Shown here one piece after another: positions 17,377 through 26,669 of a stretch of 32,000 bases of DNA. The notes under the pieces were generated by a model that saw only the letters and a program-made list of their open reading frames with translations, ran no database searches and had not been told where the DNA came from. The first letter of the stretch is position 1, and the number at the start of each line of letters is the position of its first letter. This stretch comes from an uncultured Nitrososphaerota archaeon. GTDB lineage: Archaea; Korarchaeota; Korarchaeia; Korarchaeales; Korarchaeaceae. Where the stretch lies: the NCBI GenBank assembly GCA_964480775.1, contig CAYZRF010000003.1, forward strand, positions 30,001-62,000, read 5' to 3'. The translations under genes were made by a program, and so were the position numbers.

Positions 17377-18225
17377 TCATTCCCCTCTAGCTTCCCTAAC
17401 AACCTTCATAAACTCCTTTACCCTCCTCTCTTCCACTGGGTTCCAAGTTATCCCATCTCTCTTTAGACTTGTACCAACAATGGCTCCGTCTGCCACTTTA
17501 AGGAACTCAGCTATGTTTTCTCTATTGGCGCCAGTGTTTAAGAACACTGGAACGTTAGGAACCGCTTTTTTGACCACTTTAATGTCATCAACAGTTGGAG
17601 GGGTACCTGTTCTCGGTCCAGAAACACAAAAAACATCGGCTACTGACAAAAAACTCAACCCTTTTGCTATCGTAGCTATGTCTCTACTTCCAAGAGGTGC
17701 GCCGAATTCTGGATTTATATAAGCGAATAGAGGAATGTTTTCGCCCCCTATTCTCCTCCTATGCCTTAAGACTTCGCCCCCTTTAACATCAATTATTCCT
17801 AGATCGCTAGCGAAAGAACCAGACACTATAGTCCTAGCAAACTTAGCGTTAACGGCCCTGGCCAGACTGATTGTCGCAAATGGATCCCAGATAACGTCAA
17901 CTCCGAACGGAACCTCAATTTCCTCAAAAACCCTTCCTATTATGAAAGCCATGCAAGCAACCGTTTCATAGCCTGCTTTAAAGGAGTAGGGCCTGTCTCC
18001 TTCATTAGAGAACAGAATTCCATCAATGCCTCCTTTCTGAAGGGCTTTAATATCTGATAAAGCCCTTTGAAATATCTTTTCAGGATATTCTTTTTCATCA
18101 AAGAAGGGAGAACCAGGAAGGGGTGGGAGGTGAACCATACCTATAATCGGTTTGTTTGTGCCAAAAATAACCTTCAGATCAAACTTTTCCATAAGTTCAC
18201 CATAATTCAATAATCTCAACTTCAA
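17377..18225 (-). CDS. BtpA/SgcQ-family TIM-barrel protein
   Basis: 282 aa in the track (TTG start). IIGMVHLPPLPGSP is the BtpA hallmark. The ATG at 18192 (MEKFDLKVIFG...) is the likely true start because a TATA-like box sits at 18225-18231. Confidence 0.85.
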   Translation of the reverse strand: MKLRLLNYGELMEKFDLKVIFGTNKPIIGMVHLPPLPGSPFFDEKEYPEKIFQRALSDIKALQKGGIDGILFSNEGDRPYSFKAGYETVACMAFIIGRVFEEIEVPFGVDVIWDPFATISLARAVNAKFARTIVSGSFASDLGIIDVKGGEVLRHRRRIGGENIPLFAYINPEFGAPLGSRDIATIAKGLSFLSVADVFCVSGPRTGTPPTVDDIKVVKKAVPNVPVFLNTGANRENIAEFLKVADGAIVGTSLKRDGITWNPVEERRVKEFMKVVREARGE

Positions 18226-18231
18226 TATAAA
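18225..18231 (-). promoter_or_regulatory. TATA-like box (TTTATAT on minus strand) for the SgcQ-SgcX-SgcE-like operon
   Basis: The reverse complement of atataaa lies about 33 nt upstream of the ATG at 18192. This argues against the TTG at 18225 as start codon. Confidence 0.35.
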
Positions 18232-18371
18232 TCGAAAATTTCATGATAAGAAGCCGTATATCTAACTTTCATTCTTCTTGTTGGCGTATTCATTCCCTTA
18301 ACAAAGAAAATACTTATTTCTAATTCCACTTACTTTTTATTATAGTAATAAAGGATAAGGGTGAACGAAAA

Positions 18372-18686
18372 GTGTCAGGTCCGAAGGAAATTAGAATTCT
18401 TGTCGCATGCGGTACAGCAATTGCGACTGCGACGCTGGTTGCTACAAAAATTGAGGAGTGGTTTAGAAAAAAGAACATTCCTGTATCCGTTGCCAGATGC
18501 AAGGCTTTTGAAGTGGCTGGAAAGGTTGAGGTCTTCAAACCAGACGTAATTGTGGCTAACACCACAATATCTGAAAGAGATGCAAAAGGAATTCCTATTG
18601 TAAATGGATTTCCCTTCATAACGGGAATTGGAGAAGAAGAGGCAATAGAGCAAATATTTGAAATTGTTGGTTTAAAGAAAGAGTGA
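18372..18686 (+). CDS. PTS EIIB component, galactitol family (GatB/SgcB-like)
   Basis: 104 aa. EIRILVACGTAIATATL with catalytic Cys13 (TGC, 18408-18410). GTG start preceded by GGGTGA. Chosen over the antisense 141-aa ORF on homology grounds. Confidence 0.85.
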   Translation: MSGPKEIRILVACGTAIATATLVATKIEEWFRKKNIPVSVARCKAFEVAGKVEVFKPDVIVANTTISERDAKGIPIVNGFPFITGIGEEEAIEQIFEIVGLKKE

Positions 18687-18788
18687 TTGCTAGTTCTTCT
18701 CATGTAATGCTGTATAAGGGTCTTCTTATTCCAAGCTTGTGACACACTCTTACTGGGTTAATCACCAGAATTTTCTCACTATTCTCTG

Positions 18789-20006
18789 CTAATCTTTGGA
18801 ATTCATCACCTCAGGTACTGTTAGAACTACTAGACAGGCCGGCAAGGAGATAAGAATTGCGGAAAAATATGTTATTGATAAACCACAATTATCGGAGATA
18901 ACCCCCATAATCGCCATTCCAATAAGGCTTAAGGGTCTCAAAAGAGTTGCTCTAAGGCTTAGAACAGTAGCCCTTTCTTCGCTAGGCACAGCCTTGTTGA
19001 ACCATGCCCTGATAGAGGGTAGTCTCAGACCAAATCCAGTTTCATATAGCAAAGCAGATCCTATAAAACAGGCAGGAGATGGAGAAATAGCCATTAAGAA
19101 AAAGGAAATAGGGAATAAAAGCAGTCCAGCAAAAGAAACTTTCTTAAACCCAAATCTTTCGGTTAAGAGTCCTCCAAAGTATTGGGCCAAGCCAACTGTA
19201 ATGAACAAAAACGAACTAGTCGCTCCTAGCAACCACATTCGTCCGCCGAGTTCCTTCAGTCTAGGAGCCCAAGTAAGGTTAAAGCTAGGTATTGCAAGCA
19301 CAACAAATCCTAGAACAACAAGCAACCTTCTTATGATAGAATTGCTAAAAGCAACCTTAAATCCCCTCTTTAGGTAAGTTATGTAAGCTCTCCTTCTTAC
19401 CTCAAAATAGTTAATACGTCCCATCCCTATTGCAACGGCTATAAACAGAGATCCAAAAAAAGCGATGACTGCTCCAGTAAGAAAGGCTTTTTCCTGCCCA
19501 AACTCAGCAATGATCCCACCTATTAACCCAGAAACCGCCATCATAATGTAAGACAGGAGGCCATTCGTTCCAAAAATCTTTGAAATATCGTGTTCTCTGC
19601 CACATCTCTTAAGAGAATCAACTATCCATGCCTCAAGTGCGCCGCTATAAAAGGCGAAACCTATAGCAGCCAATCCTTCAGAAATAAGAAAATCAGTTAA
19701 GTTTTGCGCTATGCTGTATGCAAGAAATCCAAGGGCTATCAAAAAATTACCAATAGCCGCCATAAGTCCTCTGCCATATTTATCAGCCATGCCTCCGGTT
19801 GGAAAGTCCACTAAGGCCGATACAATCATGTAGAAACCATCAACAATTGCAACCTGCTTGAAGTTCAGACCCCTATTCAAAAGGAAGATCACGTAAATGG
19901 AAGCAACCACAGCAGCAGGTGCTGTGGTCAAAGCTTCAGCTATGTAGAAAGCATATTCAGGCCTTGAGAAAATTCCTTTTCTTTGATGATTCGAGCTTTT
20001 GACCAA
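18789..20006 (-). CDS. MFS transporter
   Basis: 405 aa with about 12 hydrophobic segments. MFS motif-A-like GGMADKYGRG lies between TM2 and TM3. TTG start in the track. Confidence 0.8.
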   Translation of the reverse strand: MVKSSNHQRKGIFSRPEYAFYIAEALTTAPAAVVASIYVIFLLNRGLNFKQVAIVDGFYMIVSALVDFPTGGMADKYGRGLMAAIGNFLIALGFLAYSIAQNLTDFLISEGLAAIGFAFYSGALEAWIVDSLKRCGREHDISKIFGTNGLLSYIMMAVSGLIGGIIAEFGQEKAFLTGAVIAFFGSLFIAVAIGMGRINYFEVRRRAYITYLKRGFKVAFSNSIIRRLLVVLGFVVLAIPSFNLTWAPRLKELGGRMWLLGATSSFLFITVGLAQYFGGLLTERFGFKKVSFAGLLLFPISFFLMAISPSPACFIGSALLYETGFGLRLPSIRAWFNKAVPSEERATVLSLRATLLRPLSLIGMAIMGVISDNCGLSITYFSAILISLPACLVVLTVPEVMNSKD

Positions 20007-20119
20007 TAGATCACCTTACTGAAGGCTTTACATAAGCTATAAATCCCTTTAAAACCCTAAACTTTACAAGAAGAAAGTCTTCTAAAAGAATAAAATAATT
20101 CTGGATAATTCAATTGGTC

Positions 20120-20136
20120 CATGCTATAATAGCATG
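20120..20136. repeat. Perfect 17-bp palindrome CATGCTAT-A-ATAGCATG
   Basis: Read directly. It lies 28 nt downstream of the ABC-permease stop on the minus strand. T-rich TTATTTTATTCTTTT follows on that strand. Confidence 0.6.
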
Positions 20137-20163
20137 ATCAGAAGGATTAGTTCTCTTTTACAT

Positions 20164-21258
20164 TTACTTTACTTGTTTTATTGCTCCGACTCTTACTCTA
20201 GGATCCAAGAATCCATAGCTTAGGTCAAGTAGTATCATTATAACTAAGAACAATATAGTTGATGTTGATGTAATTCCTAAAAGGACTGGAATATCTGGAT
20301 TAAAACTTTCTTTTTCAATTCCTAGAGCTTTCCACAACAGCATACCCATTCCTGGCCAGTTGAATACTATTTCACACAGTATAGAACCTCCAAGGGCAGA
20401 AAAAAGTCCGAAACCAGCCATCGTGACTATTGATGGAGAGGAAGCCTTTAAAACGTGTTTTCTGAGTATAATCTTATCAGAAACCCCTTTGGCCTTAGCA
20501 AAATAAGTAAATCCCTCCTTTACGTTAGTAAGCACTAAACTCCTGACAATATAGGCCCAATATCCAGAATTGGCTATTACAAGGGAAAGCAGGGGCAGGA
20601 AGAGATGATACATGACATCTAGAATGATAAGAGGTCCTTTTGGTGCGGGAGCACTCAAAATCCCTCCAGTTGGAAATAACCCTAACTGATAGGAGAATAT
20701 CATGACAAGAGCCATCCCAACCCACCAAACTGGGAGACCGCTAGAAAAAAGAGACCAGATCGTAATAACTATAGGGACTATTCCATATGTCCTTTTCGAG
20801 GATATAAGGCCTATGTAGATCCCGGTCAATATAACAATTATTGAGCCTAGACCAAACAAAAGGAATGTTCTAGGAAGCGCCTCTGTTATGATATCTATGA
20901 CTTTTAGGCTACCTGATCTTGTCTTAAGCTTTGTGTTTGTAGCTTCACCCCATTGAAAAGTGACCTGCTGCGCCCAACTAGAAAAAATTCTTAAGATAAG
21001 GGGCTTATCTAGCCCGTATTGCTTGTACTTAATTTTCCTCATGTTGTTCTTCCAGATCTCGTAGGCGGTCTCATTGTTTCCTAGGCTTTGTCGAAGAGAA
21101 TAGTTAGAAAGTAGTTCTGCGTTAATCTCTTTTTCAATTTGCGCTTTTAGGTTCGACTCAATAAATCCGTTAAAGGCAACTGATGCCATAAATAGAACGA
21201 TTGCAAACACAATAACGGCATTTAATGTTCTGACAATTATGTATTTGATGAAGGACAA
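20164..21258 (-). CDS. ABC transporter permease, peptide/nickel (DppB/OppB) type
   Basis: 364 aa. N-terminal TM (IVRTLNAVIVFAIVLF), a long external loop, five further TMs, and an EAA-like loop (YFAKAKGVSDKIILRKHVLKASSPSIVT). TTG start in the track. Confidence 0.8.
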   Translation of the reverse strand: MSFIKYIIVRTLNAVIVFAIVLFMASVAFNGFIESNLKAQIEKEINAELLSNYSLRQSLGNNETAYEIWKNNMRKIKYKQYGLDKPLILRIFSSWAQQVTFQWGEATNTKLKTRSGSLKVIDIITEALPRTFLLFGLGSIIVILTGIYIGLISSKRTYGIVPIVITIWSLFSSGLPVWWVGMALVMIFSYQLGLFPTGGILSAPAPKGPLIILDVMYHLFLPLLSLVIANSGYWAYIVRSLVLTNVKEGFTYFAKAKGVSDKIILRKHVLKASSPSIVTMAGFGLFSALGGSILCEIVFNWPGMGMLLWKALGIEKESFNPDIPVLLGITSTSTILFLVIMILLDLSYGFLDPRVRVGAIKQVK

Positions 21259-21352
21259 TTTTCTGTAGTCCTCACGTTCAGTTCACAATAATAAACATAC
21301 GGTATTAGAGGTAGCTTTTCTACGTAAAGGACAATCGAAACTCTTGAAAGCG

Positions 21353-21403
21353 TCCATAGCTTGTAAGATAGCTATGGAGGCGGGTTAGTTCCGTTTTACG
21401 GAA
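21353..21403 (-). other. Two stem-loops downstream of rbcL (9-bp stem TCCATAGCT/AGCTATGGA with 8-nt loop; 6-bp stem TTCCGT/ACGGAA with 3-nt loop)
   Basis: Read directly: 21353-21361 pairs with 21370-21378, and 21389-21394 pairs with 21398-21403. They lie 19-69 nt past the rbcL stop. Confidence 0.5.
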
Positions 21404-21421
21404 TTAAACTGCTATTAAATC

Positions 21422-22708
21422 TTAAACCGGCCTCAGATAACCCCAGTGCTCTAATGCCGCCCTAAGTTCTTTGTGTTCCTTTGCGTATTCTTCTAATGGT
21501 ATGTCATTCATCGCTGCATAAAGTGCTTGTCTCATTGCAGCAGCCCCTTCTTTCGGTCCATTTGGATGGCCGAGAACCCCTCCTCCTGCTTGGATCATTA
21601 TTTCTGTCCCAAGAATTCTTAGAACATCTGGAACAAGCCCTGGATGTAATCCGCCAGAGCTCACTGGGAGGGTCCTCCTCATTCCCAACCAGTCTTTCGG
21701 AAGAACCTTCCTTCCCCAGTCCTCTTCAACTTTATCATTTCTTAAGACATCAGCAAGTGCTGTGACCTCCTCAAGAGGTGATACTAGTTTGCCAACAACC
21801 GTGCCCACGTGTATTGTGTCTACTCCAACAAGCCTCGCTGACTCAGCAACCATCTTCATTGACACACCGTGCTTTCTGTTTCTGGTGAAAGCCGCGTGAA
21901 ATGCTCTGTGAGCGTGTATCGCAAGTCCCAAATCTTCAGCAACCTCTCTTATCGCTTGAACAGAAGACCATCCTGCTGTAAGTATGTCTATCATAATGAA
22001 TTCTCCTCCAAGGTCTGCAACGATTTCAGCTCTCTCTTTCATTTCATAGAAGGGTGCAGTTATGTTTACCAAGTAAGATTTTCTCTCTCCAGTTTCCTTT
22101 TCAGCCCTGTCCCTCATTTTTAAGGATTCTTTGACACGTTCTTCGAACTTGTTAAAGTTTTGACTGGTCAGGTTCTCGTCATCCTTCAACAGGTCTACTC
22201 CTCCTACCCAAATCTCGTAAGCAGCTTTTACATGCTCTTCTGTAGTCATACCAACTTTTGGCTTTGGTACAGTTGCGAGTATTGGTCTTTTTTCAATCTT
22301 TAAGATCTCTCTAATTCCTTTTATCCCCTTTCCTGGTCCTGGAAATGATTTAACCATCTCTGGGGGCCAATAGACGTCCTCGAGCCTGAGGTTCTTGAGG
22401 GCCTTCATCCCAAATATGTTCCCTGCTATTGAACTCCAGATCTGAGGCATGCTCCCAAGCTCAAATAGATCCAACGGATATGCTATCTTGACCCAAAAAC
22501 CACTAAACTCGTAAGCTTTTGCACTCAGTTTCCTTATTCTGTCACTCATAGTAACAACTTCAGTCCATGTACCGTTAGAGCTCTCAGAAGCCACCCTTCC
22601 AGCAGCTTCTTCAATAGATATTCCTTCGACTGGCTCTACATAGAAGAGTGCCACCAACTCATCTTTGCTCGGAGTATGGGCTTTATCAACAAAATCTGTG
22701 TAACTCAT
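21422..22708 (-). CDS. rbcL: Ribulose-1,5-bisphosphate carboxylase/oxygenase large subunit, archaeal form III
   Basis: 428 aa. GGVDLLKDDENL (carbamylated-Lys loop), HAHRAFHAAF and QAGGGVLGHP. No small-subunit gene nearby. Length and N-terminus fit form III. Confidence 0.92.
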   Translation of the reverse strand: MSYTDFVDKAHTPSKDELVALFYVEPVEGISIEEAAGRVASESSNGTWTEVVTMSDRIRKLSAKAYEFSGFWVKIAYPLDLFELGSMPQIWSSIAGNIFGMKALKNLRLEDVYWPPEMVKSFPGPGKGIKGIREILKIEKRPILATVPKPKVGMTTEEHVKAAYEIWVGGVDLLKDDENLTSQNFNKFEERVKESLKMRDRAEKETGERKSYLVNITAPFYEMKERAEIVADLGGEFIMIDILTAGWSSVQAIREVAEDLGLAIHAHRAFHAAFTRNRKHGVSMKMVAESARLVGVDTIHVGTVVGKLVSPLEEVTALADVLRNDKVEEDWGRKVLPKDWLGMRRTLPVSSGGLHPGLVPDVLRILGTEIMIQAGGGVLGHPNGPKEGAAAMRQALYAAMNDIPLEEYAKEHKELRAALEHWGYLRPV

Positions 22709-22738
22709 AACAAATCACTGTAATGTTTTGAGATGCCC

Positions 22739-22745
22739 TTATAAT
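22739..22745 (-). promoter_or_regulatory. TATA-like box (ATTATAA on minus strand) for rbcL
   Basis: About 31 nt upstream of the rbcL ATG at 22708. Confidence 0.35.
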
Positions 22746-22818
22746 CATTTCATTCTCTTAACGCCGATAAAAGGCAACATTATTATGCAAGGAAGGCAGG
22801 TAATGGAGGGACACGTAA

Positions 22819-24713
<1,895 letters not shown>

Positions 24714-24736
24714 AGCCCTTCCCCTTTTAAAGTGAT

Positions 24737-25981
24737 TTAAACAGTATATGGAAGATACTCCTCTCCTTTCTTAATTTTCTTCACCTCTCCCACTATTTTA
24801 TCTGCCATTTCAACTACGTCATTGGCTACTAAAGCTAGAGAAGGAGTTATAGCAACTAAGACTATATGAGGGTTCTTAAGAATCTTTGACAAGAGGTCTA
24901 GGCACCTTGCTCTTACCTTTGATGCTACATTTGGATCCTTAACAAAAGTAGAGATGAAAAAATCGCTAGGGACAAGAATCTCGAGCCCTTCTATGTAGAG
25001 AAGGGTTTTATCCTTCCCATTAGGCAAGGTTTCCAATTGCTCAATTATCTCTTGAAACCTTTCTAAGGTTGTATCTATTGTAGAAGTAAGCAAAGAGGCC
25101 TCTCCAGCGCCAGCAGCTAATTCAATAACTTCTCTCACCTTTTCTATTCCTTCCAGAAAACCCTCAAGTTGTACAATCATAAATTTAAGATCTCCAGACC
25201 CTCTAAGACTTTTTACGACCTCTATTACAGGGTCACTAAGTTCTCCAAACTTTCTTAGATCTTTTTCGGTTCCAAGAGGATATGTCTCTATTAAACCAGG
25301 TTTAGATCCCAATATATAAGGTCTAAAGCCTTCAACATCAACCAATGCCTTCAAAAACTTCTTCATCATGTCAAGCCTCGCTTTGTGTTCCTCTTTTAGT
25401 GCAAGCCCCTTAATCATGACCACCGAGTTCTGAGTAATTTCTGCTGCACTCAAAGATCTGAAAAACACGCTATAGAGAGTCATACTTTCTAAAAGATCGA
25501 TAAGGTCGGTTGGATCTTCTTTCAACTTAACTCTTCTTTCCACTTCTTCGTAAATTTTTGTTGGTTTAAGCCTTGTCTTCAGAATAGGCTCCATTTTCTT
25601 TTCATCTAGGGTAGTTACTGCCAGAAAGGCGAATAATGTAAAAGGCCCCAGATTATCAAGATCTTTTCTGTCCTGAGGTCTTACCCATTTGGGTTCCACT
25701 ATCTCTACTTTCTCTGCGCTTGTCTCGATGCATATCTCGCTCGGCATATATGGACAGGGTCTTACTCTCCCCTTAAGCCTAAGTGTGTCTCCTGGTAGGA
25801 AGTACTTCGGTGAAGATGGAAGTGATACCGTAATCTGGCCAGTATCATCCGAAACAACCATTCTTTCATATCTCTTGCTTCCAAGAGTAAAAACTGGAAG
25901 AAGTTCGGTTACCCTCCCCTCTATTTCAACGATTTCTCCTGGTTGCAAATGTTTTGCTAAAAGGTGCCCTATCTTGATCAA
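24737..25981 (-). CDS. Hypothetical protein with N-terminal OB-fold (RPA/anticodon-binding type) and uncharacterised ~310-aa C-terminal region
   Basis: 414 aa. GEIVEIEGRVTEL...RMVVSDDTGQITVSL...GDTLRLKGRV is a classic OB-fold pattern. No P-loop or nuclease motif is visible in the rest. TTG start; the upstream in-frame ATG is followed at once by TAG. Confidence 0.55.
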   Translation of the reverse strand: MIKIGHLLAKHLQPGEIVEIEGRVTELLPVFTLGSKRYERMVVSDDTGQITVSLPSSPKYFLPGDTLRLKGRVRPCPYMPSEICIETSAEKVEIVEPKWVRPQDRKDLDNLGPFTLFAFLAVTTLDEKKMEPILKTRLKPTKIYEEVERRVKLKEDPTDLIDLLESMTLYSVFFRSLSAAEITQNSVVMIKGLALKEEHKARLDMMKKFLKALVDVEGFRPYILGSKPGLIETYPLGTEKDLRKFGELSDPVIEVVKSLRGSGDLKFMIVQLEGFLEGIEKVREVIELAAGAGEASLLTSTIDTTLERFQEIIEQLETLPNGKDKTLLYIEGLEILVPSDFFISTFVKDPNVASKVRARCLDLLSKILKNPHIVLVAITPSLALVANDVVEMADKIVGEVKKIKKGEEYLPYTV

Positions 25982-26011
25982 CCTAGATCATAAAGCCGTC
26001 TCGGTATAAGT

Positions 26012-26019
26012 TATATAAA
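26012..26019 (-). promoter_or_regulatory. TATA-like box (TTTATATA on minus strand) for the OB-fold / DUF3786-like operon
   Basis: The reverse complement of tatataaa lies 31 nt upstream of the TTG at 25981. Confidence 0.4.
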
Positions 26020-26097
26020 TAGAGAAAAGCAAGATTGACGCCAGTTAATTTTTGGAAATTACATTAAACTAAGGTATAATTACTATTATAACAACAA

Positions 26098-26125
26098 TTT
26101 TAAACAATTATTGTAATATTTACAA
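26098..26125 (+). promoter_or_regulatory. lrp promoter/operator: TATA-like TTTTAAA (26098-26104) followed by dyad TTGTA-ATATT-TACAA (26111-26125)
   Basis: Read directly. The ATG at 26128 lies 24 nt after the TATA box, which suggests a leaderless mRNA. The dyad fits the archaeal Lrp-type consensus TTGYAWWWWWTRCAA. ACAATT recurs at 26094, 26104 and 26122. Confidence 0.5.
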
Positions 26126-26127
26126 TT

Positions 26128-26616
26128 ATGAAACTAGATTCTAATGACATTGAGATATTAAGAATACTCCAAGAAAATTGTCGCTTGACTGCAAAAAAGA
26201 TATCAGATAAACTTGGTATTCCTATAAGTACCGTCTATGCTAAGATAAAGAGAATGGAACAATTTAAGATTATACTTGGTTATAGAGCGGTGCTAGATGC
26301 AAGTAAACTTGGAATGGGAACAACGGCGTTTGTTTTGGCGTCAGTAGCATATAGGATCCCTGGTATCGAAAAACCACTCTCACAAGTTGAAATAGCAAAG
26401 AAAATAGCCCTCTTTCCAGAAGTTCAAGAGGTTCACATAATCTCAGGAGACTGGGATCTCATGATAAAGGTAAAAGCAAGCGATGTCCACAACATAGGCG
26501 AATTCGTGGTTAATAAACTCAGAAAGGTAAAAGGAATCGAGAAAACACTGACGTGTATGGTCTTTAAGACTGCTAAAGAGACAACAGAGATCCCAATATT
26601 CAATAAAAAGGCGTAA
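26128..26616 (+). CDS. Lrp/AsnC-family transcriptional regulator
   Basis: 162 aa. wHTH (DIEILRILQENCRLTAKKISDKLGIPISTVYAKIKRM) plus a RAM-type C-terminal domain (VHIISGDWDLMIKVKA). Confidence 0.9.
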   Translation: MKLDSNDIEILRILQENCRLTAKKISDKLGIPISTVYAKIKRMEQFKIILGYRAVLDASKLGMGTTAFVLASVAYRIPGIEKPLSQVEIAKKIALFPEVQEVHIISGDWDLMIKVKASDVHNIGEFVVNKLRKVKGIEKTLTCMVFKTAKETTEIPIFNKKA

Positions 26617-26669
26617 TGTGTAGTTGGGGTTTAAAATTGATTCTCTAAGTTGCTTTTTGAAGCATCTCA

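Noticed and set aside
18320-18745. 141-aa minus-strand ORF (and the 92-aa ORF at 18375-18653) covering the same DNA as the 104-aa EIIB gene
   Set aside because: The plus-strand frame gives a canonical GatB-type EIIB with the VACG active site and a Shine-Dalgarno-like motif. The antisense product has no recognisable features.
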